From the NCBI GenBank assembly GCA_051294375.1, contig CM119264.1, positions 20,778,844 to 20,810,827 of the forward strand: DNA of 31,984 nucleotides, given 5' to 3'. The notes below the pieces were generated by a model, which worked only from the letters and a program-made list of their open reading frames with translations, searched no databases and had not been told where the DNA came from. The position numbers and the translations under genes were made by a program. The stretch is from Paraspadella gotoi. Lineage: Eukaryota > Animalia > Chaetognatha. Positions 11,885-24,092 of the stretch are shown here, piece after piece. The first letter of the stretch is position 1. Each line of letters starts with the position of its first letter.

Positions 11885-13210
11885 CATACGGGTATATCCC
11901 TTTGCTCACTGAGAAAATAACAAAGAGAGATGCATCATTGGTAGTCGCCATAAGTTTGTTGCCCCTACAAACTGGTTAGAGCCGAGTTTGACACCAAAAA
12001 AAATACGTTTATAGGTTCGCAACGAAGAGAGAAAGCAAAAGGAAAAGTTAAATTGAAAGGAAAGGAAAAGAAAATGAATGTTGCAATCTTACAGCTAAGG
12101 CACCAATCGTCGTATTCCTTATCTGCCAGCATCATTGGGCGGGAACTACTTCGGCGAAGGCAACGCCAACGCAGCGGCGCGCGAGTTTACACTTCTGGCG
12201 GGATCCACTCGCCGCCCATCACGTGTGGAAAAACTCCATTCCTGACAGAAACGTTGATCTTTGGATGGAATCTGCAAGAGTGTCTTCAACTTGATGTGAG
12301 CCTTTTTTTTCCTCGGATTAACTTTTTCCCCCCCCATTTTCTTCCCCATTTTCCAGCTTACTCATCCCTGGCAGGAGTGTTCAACACCGCTCAACTCTCT
12401 CCACACCCGTGTGGCCTCCTCGATCGCTGCCTTCGACTCCAACGGCGCAACCTCCAACCTGACGCAGTCGGCCAAGATCTTCGGTGTCGACGCAGTTGGC
12501 GCGGCAGGCGAATCCTTTGTCCCGGAGCTCCGTGTGAGAAAGGCAGACTTGTTTAGCTACGAAGGCACGAAGTAGTTCAATAATTTTCTTATAATACTAC
12601 AATAACGCTTTTACTTCATTCTTCTTTCCAATTATGAAATTTCTGAAATATAATGGAATTATTGCATTTCATTATTGTGATTACTGATCAGTGAGACTGA
12701 GGAGAGGAAAAAGAAGTGCCGAAACCCGGGATTGAACCAGGCGACCTTTAGATCTTCAGTTCTAACGCTCTCCCAACTGACTATTTCGGCGGGTTCTTTC
12801 CCGTAATAATAAAAAAAATTATCCTAATTCTTTTCTTCCCTCCCTTTCGCTGGTCCAGGTAACGGAAAGGCGAATACACGATTGGCCATGATGGTGTATG
12901 GAACGAGCAACGGAATGCTGGGAGAGAAAACCGAATGTGGCCATCGTGGCTGGGGATTGACTGTCATGGAAATTTAGGAAAGAATCCTCGACCACTTTTT
13001 CGGTCGGGAATTGGAAAGAAAGTGTGATTAAAAGGAAGGGGGAGAAAAAGAAGAGGAAGACAAGGGATAAGAATTATAGGGGAAGATAAGTAATATTGTT
13101 CCGTGATTGGGTTTTGATGTGGAGGGAATTCACCCTGCCTCAAGATTTTCACAATCATCATTAGTGATTCGTTGAATTGCCCTTGCCACTGGGGATGTCC
13201 CTCGCGTTTT
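11885..13210 (-). pseudogene. Candidate upstream exons of the same MED16-like gene
   Basis: GC-richer blocks with GTAAG/GTGAA donor-like ends; weak collinear matches TSPVARAIQRITNDD (~13200-13155) and PV..ATTND..SLLF (~11975-11910). Confidence 0.3.
12717..12790 (-). tRNA. tRNA-Phe: tRNA-Phe(GAA) with three single-base indels
   Basis: GCCGAAATAG-TCAGTTGGGAGAGCGTTAGAaCTGAAGATCTAAAGGTCgCCTGGTTCAATCCCGGGTTTCGGCA matches the canonical metazoan tRNA-Phe; TTTTT terminator 4 nt downstream. Confidence 0.92.
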
Positions 13211-13854
13211 TATTAGACCTCGTATTGCAACTTTATCCAATTCTTTTTAAAAGTTTTTTCTGCGTTGAAGGGAGATGCTAATTATGTTATTTTGATTTCT
13301 TGCGTTTATTAGGAAAAAAACCTTTATTGAAACTTCACTCCTTGACCATGCCTCTCCAACCAACCGAATTATAAAAAAGTATTAAAAAATTAGTCTTGTG
13401 GTATATTTACTTTTTCATTTGTTCGATTTGATTATTTAACAAAAATTACTGTTGCCTTATTCGATGTTTAAAAATATTGCTCCAACGCAAAATTAACTCA
13501 ATAATAAATGTGTAATAAAAAAAATTATTCTAATTACGAGTACGTCCTAAAAAAAAAAAATCAGAAGAATGCATCTGGGTAGGAATTTGAAATAAGAGTT
13601 GGAGGAGAAAGGATTAATCATGACTAAATTGAATTAAAATACTGCACTTGTATTTTGTAAATCCCACCAAAAAAAATGTATTTCAATTTACCTTCACCTT
13701 GTGCATATGATTTGTCCCTTCAAAATTGTTTATATGACTGAATCTCAATTTTTTAAAAAAAATATAATTGCGAAAAAATAATAAATAAAAGAAGTCTGAG
13801 TCTGCGCTCTCTCATGATCTACTTTCATTCAAACGCCATTGATGTCCTATTGCT

Positions 13855-13950
13855 TTGTCAGTCAAGTCAGTCATGTCAGTCTAAGCGTCATTGCCCAAAA
13901 GCTGAGGGGCAAAGTCGCCAGGGGACTCCCTGAGCGACTAAGAAGAAAAA
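13855..13950 (+). mobile_element. DINE-1/HINE-like 3' end
   Basis: GTCA-type microsatellite, then hairpin AGTCGCCAGGG-gact-CCCTGAGCGACT followed by an A-rich run. Confidence 0.35.
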
Positions 13951-15591
13951 GAGACAGGAGGAAGGCGTTTTTTTAAGAAGGAGACCGCCGATCGTAAGAC
14001 GCCCGGGATTATCAATTGATTAATTGGTTAATTATTTATAAATTAACAAACTAGCATACTTTTTTATATATTTAATTTTAAAAGCCATAATCGAGTAGTG
14101 AAACAGTTCACTATTCCAGTTAATAACGGACGGACGGACTCGGACTTCGATTTTTTCGCATAATTTTATCATAATTTTATGTTCAGACTATATTTTTAAG
14201 TGACTTCCCGACAAGTCCAACAAAAGTGAATTAGGTCGAGATCGTGCTGTATAAGCAAATCCGCACTTAAAAAAATTTAACCAAACAAAAACGTAAAGAG
14301 ACTTAAAACATTAAGAGGAAAGGTCATTCCAGCCATAACAATACGTAATCATTGATCTGTGTAGAGCTAAATATTATATTCGAGAAATACATTATAGTCA
14401 TCAGTAATCACAAAAAAAAAATAAGGTAATATTATATTGTAAACATTCTCCGTTTTCAATAATTTTTTTTAAATGGGTAAATAACAAAATTGTTCTATTA
14501 AATGGGTAAGCACATTTTCTAAAGATTTTGTTTTTTCCCAATCTGGTTACAAGTTATTAAATAAATTAAAAATTCTAGGGTAAAGAAGTTAAAACACGTG
14601 CATATGGCGATAATTTTTATAGAAGCGGGAGAATTAAGCAATTAATCTCGTTAGCTCTTTGGTTTTTTCCAAGTCATGAACAAAATTTTCAGGTTAAATT
14701 AGATGTAAAGAAATTTCGAGCCTACAATGAATTCTACACTGAATTTGCAAGAGTTGCATGCCTAAACACGACTGCAATAATATGAAATTAAAAAATTTGA
14801 TTAGCAATCTTAAAAACATTTGGTAAAAAATTGTAACTAGGAGAGACATTTGATAAACGCGTTCCAGTTAGAAAGAATTCAGGGTTAAAGTTTAAAAAAC
14901 ATTTCATTTTTCAAGGATACAAGTTGAAATTTTAAAAATGTCTCTCTATTACAATTTCCTAATTCAGTAATAAAAAATTCATAAAAAATATCAGGTGGAT
15001 TGGCCTTTTCGTTGACCTGCAACTCTTCAGATAGGTTTCTTTATTTTATATTATAATTAAACGATAATAAATGGGGTTAGAATGCATTTCAAATGCTTAA
15101 AGTGAATACATTTTCGGAATCGCCAGAGCTCAGGCTTCTGAATTGTACTCCATTTTAGCTATTTTAAAGTTGAATTGAATGACCCTTTTTCTTAAAAGAG
15201 ATACTGAAAGACAAAATATATACATTTTTTTATGTATAAATATCACATCCCTCGGTTTTAACGGAAAATCAATCTTCCCTTTCAATTTTTGGAGAAAAAA
15301 AATTGGTCTCACTCTAAGGACGATTTATTATAAATTTAAAGAAATAAGTTATAAAGTAAACAATTATAACCACTTTAGTTCTAAGAATAGTCAATGGCAA
15401 GGTGTATTACTTTTAAGAAATTCCTTTTTTCCTTCTATTACTAAATCGATTTTCAATGCAACTTTTTGAATTAGTTCATTGGGTTGTTGCACTGAAGCTT
15501 TTAAATATTTAATAATATATTGAAGAAGCTGGTTTTACAGGGCGCCACACACGCAGCGGTGTCACCTCGTGGCGACAGCGAGACAGCATGT

Positions 15592-15672
15592 TCATGTAGT
15601 CCAAAGCTTTAGATCTGGCAGTAGGCCCATGCCTACAGGCGGGTTACCCGGTCCATCCCACTTTCTACATGA
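15592..15672 (-). ncRNA. Putative type-P5 twister ribozyme in BEL LTR (copy 2)
   Basis: Same sequence as 8470-8550; predicted cut at 15646/15645. Confidence 0.72.
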
Positions 15673-15674
15673 CA

Positions 15675-15738
15675 ACCTCAGGGCTCGAACCAGGGACGCA
15701 CATTGGGATGGTGCATTAGTCCACTGAGCCACTGAGGC
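15675..15738 (-). promoter_or_regulatory. tRNA-derived Pol III promoter in BEL LTR (copy 2)
   Basis: Same A/B boxes as 8553-8616. Confidence 0.75.
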
Positions 15739-16381
15739 GCTGCGAAAGAAACAGCTTTAATCCATCTGTGGTGATAGGACCACCAGAGGATCTTCGTAGA
15801 TAAAAATCTGAATGTCGAGACAGATTTTGAAGGAAAAGACGAGAGATATATTCAGACGTTTATTTTCACAATAATGTCCATAAAAAGTCCAGTAAAACTG
15901 TTATTGGGACGGACAATGTGTTTCTTAGAGAGCAAATCTAATAACTTGAGAAATGTCTCTATTTTCTTTCTCTCAATGACGACGGCCAAACAAGAGACCA
16001 GTAAAAATGCTCAACAGTCAGATAAAAGACCGGTCAAATACAACTCAGAGCAAAAACGTTTGATAGAGAGGGAAAATTGAATTGCGAGGTATGACATTTA
16101 ACACCCCCCGGGTCTAAACATAGTTTGGACTAAAAACTGACAATGTTATGTTTTGGATAAAAAGATTTTGATTGTAGAAATGTAAATTTAGGTTTGCAGT
16201 GGCTAACGAAATAACATTACGAAATTTCAAGCATTGAAAATTACTTCATGGTACTAGTTTAAAAGTCACCTGGTAAAACAAAATAAAAATGTTTGTTCTT
16301 AAAGTTAATCGTAAAGATATTAAACATAAATTATCTTGTTGGCGACGGCTTCTTGATATCACCGGATTATCCCGACGTCTA

Positions 16382-16810
16382 CTACGTCGCCTCTGCTTCG
16401 CCTGCATCATGATTCTTGTTATCATTGACGGCGTTGCTTAGATTTTGAAAATACATCCGTGGCGGCAGCATTTCGTCCATGAAGGCATCGTGTAGAGACG
16501 TGTGATGTGGATCGTCACAGGCTTCACAAAGATGTTGAGATTGACAGTTCTTTGCGACGCGGCCCCCGCCTGAGACACCTAAAGCAGAGCTCGTGGTGGG
16601 CAGCAACGTCTTTTCGTAATCCAGAATCGGCTTGGCGAAAATTAGAGCACTGAGAGATAAAGTGTTTTTCATCACACAAAGTGCATTCCACTTTTGGCCG
16701 AAACGAATTATTTCTCTTTTTCGGTTTTGATTTTGACTTGATATTAGAAACGGGAACCAGACCTTGAGTTGGAGTCAGAGACAGGACTGGCAATGGAGGG
16801 AGACGGAGAG
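16382..16810 (-). pseudogene. gag: BEL/Pao Gag C-terminal zinc-knuckle region, frameshifted (copy 2)
   Basis: Three knuckles split over ORFs 16524..16793 and 16382..16675, with the same frameshift as copy 1. Confidence 0.85.
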
Positions 16811-17021
16811 NNNNNNNNNNTTATTATAGATTTAAATCTTTTCATCTTCAATATTATATACTGCAATATGTAAATTAGATTAAAGCATTTCTATATACTA
16901 ATTTGGATATTATAATGAGTACTATAATCTCATTTGCATATTGCAGTAAATCATAATGAAGTGGAAATTCAAACAAAATCCTAAATCCAAATGTAATAAG
17001 AAAATATCAAAGCTATTTCAA

Positions 17022-17520
17022 GATGAGAAGCCATATCTAAATTTTTAACTTACTATGATCGCACACTTTTGTAAAACTTTATCATAATTCATAATAATTT
17101 TTATTTAAAGAAAAACGGTAAGTCACAGCCAAACCTATAAAAGCGTAGTAGTTTTTATATAAAAACAGCGTGACGCCGACGACGACCACTCACGACGCCG
17201 CCGCCGACGACGACGACGATGACGACATCACAAAGAAGCTGACCCGAATCAATATCGAGCCTGAACCGGCTTCGCCGGTAGGCTCGATAAAAACAGTCGT
17301 GCAAATGATTATATTTTTTTATCGAGACAGACCGGGCGAAGCCGGTCCTGGCTCTATAATAATTCGCTTTTGCTTCTTTGTGCCGTAGTCGTCGTCGTCG
17401 TCGTCTTGACTTGACTTGAAAGGCATTCGTCGTCGTCGTCTGCGTCACGCTTTTTTGCAATCATGGCTTGTAAAAGTATGATATCATAGGAAGTTGAAAA
17501 TTTATATATGGCTTCTAATC
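17022..17520. mobile_element. Tail-to-tail inverted pair of DINE-1/HINE-like element ends
   Basis: Arms are diverged reverse complements (GAAGCCATAT..., AAAAAGCGTGACGC, GAC repeats, CACAAAGAAGC); each ends in a CCGGCTTCGCC-centred hairpin plus A run (17254-17293; 17314-17357). Confidence 0.65.
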
Positions 17521-17742
17521 ATCAAGATCTTTAAAATTCCCATGTTTCATATCAATATTCCTATTTGTTTATGTTTATTTACAAAAACAAAACCTTTTAA
17601 TTATATGTCTCTTACCCTCTCTCTTTCTTTTAATTATATGTCGCTCTCTCTCTCTCTCTCTCTCTTTTTCTCAGTCACTGCTTCTTCTGATTTGTCTAAA
17701 AACGAGTTCTGGCTCTGCAGCGTCATGCAGCGTCGTCCAGCT

Positions 17743-17787
<45 letters not shown>

Positions 17788-17804
17788 TTTTTAACAAAAA
17801 AATG

Positions 17805-17837
<33 letters not shown>

Positions 17838-18119
17838 GAGCTCACCAATATTGAAGACGACGCCGTCAGCAGTTCACCATCCGTTCTCCCTTTTTTTTCT
17901 TTTTATTCCGCTTTTCTTGTATGAATCACCAGGGCGCGGACCAGAGTCCTTCACATTGGGAGGAGTTCGCGCTACCTCGGGCGCCATAGGAACTTTGACT
18001 TATTACTTGGACGAGTAAAAGGGTTGTTGAGCTTCTCTCTCTCTCTCTTAATAATATGTCGCTCTCTCTCTCTCTCTTTTTTTCCGTCGCTGCTGCTTCT
18101 GATTCCAGCGGCTGTCAGG

Positions 18120-18840
18120 CTTCTCTCTATCTCTCTTTTAATATTATGTCGCTCTCTCTTTCTCTCTTTTTTTCTTCTGAATAGGGGTAGCCCCTCTCAA
18201 TCGGTGAGTCAAAAATTTAGTATAGGAACATGCTCAAACGAAAATTTATGCATTTTTAAGTATACTTTCAATGTACAAAAAATTTCTTATATGGCTCTAT
18301 ACCCAAATATTTATTTTTTAATATTTATCTATAGAAAGGAAAAGAGCTTGGCCCTACTCAGATTCGTCAAAAAACGAGTTCAGCTCTGCAGCGGCGGTCC
18401 AGCGGCTGTCCAGATTCTCTTCTATCTCTCTTTTCTCTCTCTCTCTCTCTTCTTTCTCTCTCTCTCTCTGATTATTTTTTCTTCTGAATAGGGTAGCCCT
18501 CTCAAAGGGGTGAGTCAAAAATTTAGTATGAGAACATGCTCAAATAAAAATTTATACATTTTTAATTATACTTTCAATGTACAAAAAATTTCTAATTTGT
18601 TTCTATACCCAAATATTTATTTTTAATATTTATTATAGAAAGGAAAGGAGTTGGACCCTATTCAGATTCGTCTAAAAACGAGTTCAGCTCTGAAGCGGCT
18701 GTCCAGCGGCTGTCCAGCTTTCTCTGTCTCTCTCTGTCTCTCTCTCTGTCTCTCTCTCTTGTCTCTCTCTCTGTCTCTCTCTCTGTCTCTCTCTCTGTCC
18801 GATCTCTTGCGTGATCGTGCGTTTTTCGAAAAATTCTGAT
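18120..18840 (+). repeat. Tandem ~310-bp units of a dispersed repeat with CT tracts
   Basis: GGGTAGCCC..GTGAGTCAAAAATTTAGTAT..CAGATTCGTC..AAACGAGTTCAGCTCTG repeated at about 18183 and 18491. Confidence 0.75.
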
Positions 18841-19101
18841 TATTTTTCTCCTTCTAAAAACTTTTATTATCGCCATTTATTCCGCGCTTTTTTCTCAATA
18901 CAAAATCACAAATTTACATCCGAGTTTTTCGTGGATTTACTTTACGGCTCTGAGATTTAGTCAGAATATGTTTTATGTTTGGAAACAAAGTTCGTACACA
19001 CACACACTTCTCTCTCTCTTCTCTCTCTCTCTCTCTCTCCTCTCTTCTCTCTCTCGCTCTCTCTCTCTCTCCCATACACGCGTTTGTTTGTTTTATTTAC
19101 G

Positions 19102-19329
19102 ATGAATGACTCATCGCGTCAATGAATGACTATCATTACATCAATCATTTGGTTATCATCGCATCAATCATTTGGTTATTTCATTGCATCAATATTTGGT
19201 TATCATCGCATCAATAAATACTATTACATCAATCAATCAATTACTATTACATCAATCAATCAATTACTATTACATCCATCAATTAATCAATTACTATGGT
19301 TATCATCGCATCAATGAATGACTATCATC
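19102..19329. repeat. ATCATCGCATCAAT minisatellite, second array
   Basis: Same unit as 364-612, likewise preceded by a CT tract. Confidence 0.85.
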
Positions 19330-21395
19330 TCAAAAATAAAAAAAACAATTTCTATCTTTTTTTTTCGGTTTATGGTTTAACTACCAAACAATGTATCTAG
19401 TTATCAAGTTCCATTAGTGAGGCAGTGAGGAAGTTGAAAATGTTGTGTCCATTTTCTTTGTTTCATATCGATTTTTCATTAATTTTCTTTGATAGTAAGG
19501 TCTGTCGAGATCTTTATACTTTTAAGATTTTTTTCGAAGTATTTTTCTTGGTTTTGCTTTATAAATTGATTTTCCATTTCTGGCAATGTTCTTTGAAATC
19601 ATAATTTTTTTACATCAAAAGAAAGGTCAATCGCCATATTTATCTAAAATGCTTTATTTCGCTGGCAAGAGATATTATTATTATTGAATCACATAATATG
19701 CTGTAATAAATAAATCATAAGTATCGTAATCACCATCTTAAACATCGTCGTCGTCATCAACATCATCCGCTGTTAACCATCATATTTTTTCTTATCAAGA
19801 ACCAAATCTGACTTGATTTCTTCTCTTACTTTTAACTCCTTCGCCTCCGCCTTTTTCTCCCCCTCTGCCACATCATCTTCTTCTTTCCTCACTTCCTTCT
19901 CACCTTCCTACCTCTCTTCCCCTTCCCCTTAATCCACCCGCCGTTGTTGTTATTAATATTTGCTTTTCTGCTTCTCGAGAGAAATTGTGAACTCATTCGG
20001 TTTTAGCTTCCGGCGAGGAAGAACCTGGGAAGGAAAGGGTAGGAGAAAAGGAGAGGAGGAGAAAGAGGGAGCCGAAGAAATAAATGGCGATTCAGACTCT
20101 TTTTTTTTTTTTAATATATATTCCCTATTTTTTTACACGAGAACTTTGGGTTAAGCGAAATATATTTTCTTTTCGGGATTTTCTTCATATTTTGCTCCGT
20201 TACTCCGTCGAGTCTAAGAACTGTCTACGGAGTCATTTATCTCTTTAGTTAAATATGCTTTCATAAATTATGTGAAAAAGGTTTAATCTGTGGGAACAGC
20301 GCTAGCTCAAATCGTACTAAAAATATTAACTTTTTATATTTCATACCATGTTAGTTTTACTAATGGTCACTTTTTTTTTTAAATATTCTCGATGCGTTAA
20401 TGCTTTATGCATCAGACATACAATCACACAGCCAGACTGATAGTCAGACAGAAAGACAGATAGACGAACAAAGACAGGAAACCGAAAAGGAAGACCGAGG
20501 CACATCGAATTTTTCCAGAGAAAATCTCTTCTTCAAAAAAGCGTCGCCTCGGAGCCGAAAAAAGGGGAAGATAATCTTAGCGATAAAAATGAATCAAAAT
20601 GAGTAAAGTGGGTAAAAAATGGAGCAAAATGGAGACAAAGTGAGAGGCGCCTAAAAAAGTTTTGAAAGGATTTTGGAAAGGACCTCGGAAGGCGTTTGGA
20701 AAAGATTCGAGATGTGAGGAAGTTTGAAAGGCGACGAAGGCGAGGAAATCGGAAAGGAACTGATTTGAAGGGGGAAAAGTTGGTCGGAAAAAGTACATAA
20801 AGAAATGTGGATATTTAAGGGAATTTAAAAGTCTAATTACGTTTAATTAAGGAAACTATGTCTTTCTATTGTCATTTGATAAAAACATCGTGTTTATTCG
20901 TTTTTTTACATAAGTATATATATAAGAGTTCTGTTGGACTGCTCTTTCGGAGGTTGTTATGGTATCAGCAAACAATGGCGACAGAACAAATAACAGAACC
21001 CTTTCAGTAAGTACTAAACAAGTTCAAAACTGGCTCACGACTGCAACCGCAGTCGCAATTGTTGCAGGAACAAAAGCTGGCTGAACCTTGTCGTCATCGC
21101 AACAACACCGTCGATGAATTGAAAAAAAAAATGATTTCCTCTCCTTTAGTTTCCTCGTGATGATGAAATCGGAGATGACTCTGGGGGAACGAATTTTCGG
21201 GAGGAAATTAGAAAAATAATACCTCGCAGGGAGGAAAGGAGGAAGGGAGGAGAAAAGGAGAAAGGAAAGGAGAGAGAAAAGAGAGGAAGTTGAAAGGGAA
21301 ATAAGGAAAAGGAACGGAGATAAGAGAAAGAATGTTTATGTAGAAATAACAAAGACGAAGAGAACGAAAACTAAGACATGAAAAGAATAAACAAG

Positions 21396-21466
21396 ATCGA
21401 CAGACCGACAGGCCGACCGAAAAGTGACTTGAGTTGCTCAGCGAGTACTTGCGGCGCAACTAAAAA
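21396..21466 (+). mobile_element. DINE-1/HINE-like 3' end
   Basis: GACA/GACC repeats, hairpin AGTTGC..GCGAGTACTTGC..GCAACT, then AAAAA; paralogous to 27158-27246. Confidence 0.6.
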
Positions 21467-21921
21467 TGGGGTGTTTAAAAATAAAGAAATACTGAAGGAA
21501 AAAAACAAAAAAAGGAAAGAGAATGCGTTCCATGAAATAAATCCAATATATTGAGGATGGAAATATTGAAAGAAAAAACTTGGAAATGTACTAAGGAGAG
21601 AAAAGAAGAACATAAATTTAAATGTCTGTAGCGCCGCAATGACTTTTTGAGCCCGTCTTTTATTCTTAAGGCCAGAGATCACTCAAACAAGAATTGCATA
21701 AAGCTTTATACAAATTGTTTTAATGCAAAAGAAGTATATTTCCTTTGTCTTTCAAATAAAATAACTTTAAATTTTACTAAGGTTCAACTTCAAGAGGCAC
21801 CCAAAAATCGGGCAATTTTTTTTAACGGTAAACTTTAAAAATTTCATTCAATACGATAGTCATTTTTAAATTCGAATCTTTTTATTTAAAATTAACATCA
21901 GCTACCTCAGTGTAGTAATAG

Positions 21922-23125
21922 TGTGGATAAGGCGCTAAGTGGGCAGAATATGACTATCCGTAACTTCTATAACCCCCTCAAGCAGCCATGGAACGGGTCA
22001 TGGGTTTTGAACCAGGCTTGAGGGTTTTCCACGCCCCCAAGGCGGCTTACAGCCGTTCTCACACTTCCCGCAGGGTAGGTACCGGGTTGGGATTGCACCC
22101 AGTACCTAGTGGTCATGAGCTGATGGCTTTACTCAATGAGTCACCGGGTCACGACTGAAGGTGTCATGCTTATAGGCGGTGTGAACCTAGGCAATGCCCG
22201 ACTACGGTTCCAGTGGGATTCCTCCCACACGGGATTCCTCCCACACGGGATTCCACCCACACGAGATTCCTCCCTCACGGGATTCTACCCCAATGGATTC
22301 CTCCTTATGGAATTTCTCCCACACGAGATTCCTCCCAAAGGAATTCCTCCCACACGGGATCCTCCCAAAAGAATTAGTCCCACACGGGATTCCTCCCAAA
22401 TAAATTCCTCCCACATTGGATTCCTCCCACACAGGATCCTCCCAAAAGGATTCCTCCCACACGGAATTCCTCCCAAATAAATTTCTACTACATAGGATTC
22501 CTCCCACATGGGATTCCTCCCCATGGAATTCCTCCCATGCGGGATTCCTCCAATGAGGAATCCCATGGGGTGGAATCCCGTGTGGGAGGAATCCCGTGTG
22601 CGAAGAATCCAGTTGGGAGGAATCTCGTGTGGGAGGAATTCCGCGTGGGAGGAATCCCGCGGGGAGGAATCCCGTGTGGGAGCAATCCCATGGGAAGGAA
22701 TCCCGCGTGGGATGAATCCCATGTGGGAGGAATCCAGTTGGGAGGAATCCCGTGTGGGAGGAATACCACGACCACCCCCGATTCCATGCGGCGCAGATTG
22801 TAACCCATCCTGCACTGCTTGCTTCTAGTGGAGGGAGGGGAGCAATCCTCAGCAAGTCCATGGGCCTGGAATCAGAAGGTTGGAATACGCTCGCCATGAT
22901 GGGCTCACCAGTGTGGATAAGGTGCTAAGTGGGGCTGAACAGTGCTATCCGCAACTTCTTTAACCCTCTCTAGCAGCCATGGAACGGGTCCTGGGTTTGG
23001 AACCAGGCATGAGGGTTTTCCACACCCCCAAGGCGGCTTACAGCCATCCTCATGTTTCCCGCAGGGTAGGTACCGGCTTGGGATTGAACCCAGTACCTAG
23101 TGGTTATGAGCTGATGGCTTTATAG
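21922..23125 (-). mobile_element. Older disrupted copy of the tRNA/twister TRIM
   Basis: LTR 21922-22205, foldback insertion, internal region ~22785-22911 with the same PBS, and a second LTR from 22912 that breaks off near 23122. Confidence 0.9.
22206..22784. mobile_element. Foldback-type insertion built of ~15-16-bp GGATTCCTCCCACACG repeats
   Basis: Units run forward to 22550 and inverted from 22555 around a CAAT loop; interrupts the TRIM at its LTR/PPT junction. Confidence 0.8.
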
Positions 23126-23289
23126 GACTAAGCTCTGATGAAAACAGCCAGAGGTTTTTTTAATATATTCTTATACCGTAGAATGCTGGCAATATTGCTT
23201 TTGTTAAGTTTCAAAAAAATCCGACCATAAATATAGAAAATATTAACCAAAATCTTTGGAAAATCCGCCCCTTCTTTGGTAGAGCCAAA

Positions 23290-23600
23290 CTTTGTCAATG
23301 GGGTGGGTCAGAAGTTTGATTTGGGAACTTTTCCAAATGAAACCAAATGAAACTGAAAAAACTTTCAATGGACCAAATTTTTTTAAATGGCTAGAAGCAT
23401 TAGTAATTAATTTTTTAATATTTATTTATAGATAGGAAATATCACAAATTTTATTTTGAATTTTGTATTTTTAAAAGAAGATTCAAATAGCTTATGAAAG
23501 GTTATCTACACAAAGTATAATTCTTTTTTCACTATTTTCATGATAAGTGGATTAAAATTGGGAAAAACCTTAAAAAATCATCATCATCCGATAATTTTAG
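23290..23600 (+). repeat. Diverged copy of the 18183-family dispersed repeat
   Basis: TCAATGGGGTGGGTCAGAAG...GATTCAAATAGCTTATG...CACAAAGTATAATTCTTTTT; matches 25620-25945 in reverse. Confidence 0.65.
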
Positions 23601-24092
23601 CTGTTTTTACCAATGTTTAGTAATAAAACATCAAAATTGTAAAAAGTTGTAATTATATTTTTTGCTTAACTTTTTAAGCTTTATTAGAATCAATTAAAAA
23701 AACTTAAAATATCAAAACAAATTTTTGACATTATATAGCAATTTAATAATATTTATTAGCGAATAACTCAAGGCTCAAAACATTTTTGCAAATAAAAATT
23801 TTAACACAATAATTAATACTAATAATGGATTAGTTTAATGCTGTTCCCATTAAAATTTGAATTCGGTCGGCTACCGCTATCTTTGGTAGATTTTTGCCAT
23901 AAAAGATTTTTCCCGAATTTGACTCCTGGTTGAAAACTCTTAGAATTCCGATCGTTAGCTCCTCTTACTTTTACTTTAATTAAAATTTCACCAAATGGAC
24001 TAATTCACTTTACCATGATCGTGTGGATAAGGCGCTACGTGGGCTGAAGATGACTGTCCGTAACTTCTATAACCCCCTCTCGCAGCCATGGA

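Larger units (their letters stand above)
15521..16810 (-). mobile_element. Non-autonomous gag-only BEL/Pao LTR retrotransposon, 3' part (copy 2; LTR 15521-16103)
   Basis: Near-identical to 8399-9570; PPT 16104-16109; extends further into gag, then ends at an N gap. Confidence 0.85.

Noticed and set aside
20959-21086. KQVQNWL reading resembling homeodomain helix 3
   Set aside because: Lacks the WF.N.R core and the upstream helices.
22136-22897. Cluster of long overlapping ORFs
   Set aside because: Products of the palindromic satellite.
24040-24070. CTGAAGA in the TRIM LTR as a hammerhead core
   Set aside because: No stem II/GAAA follows, and it is on the strand opposite to PBS/PPT polarity.
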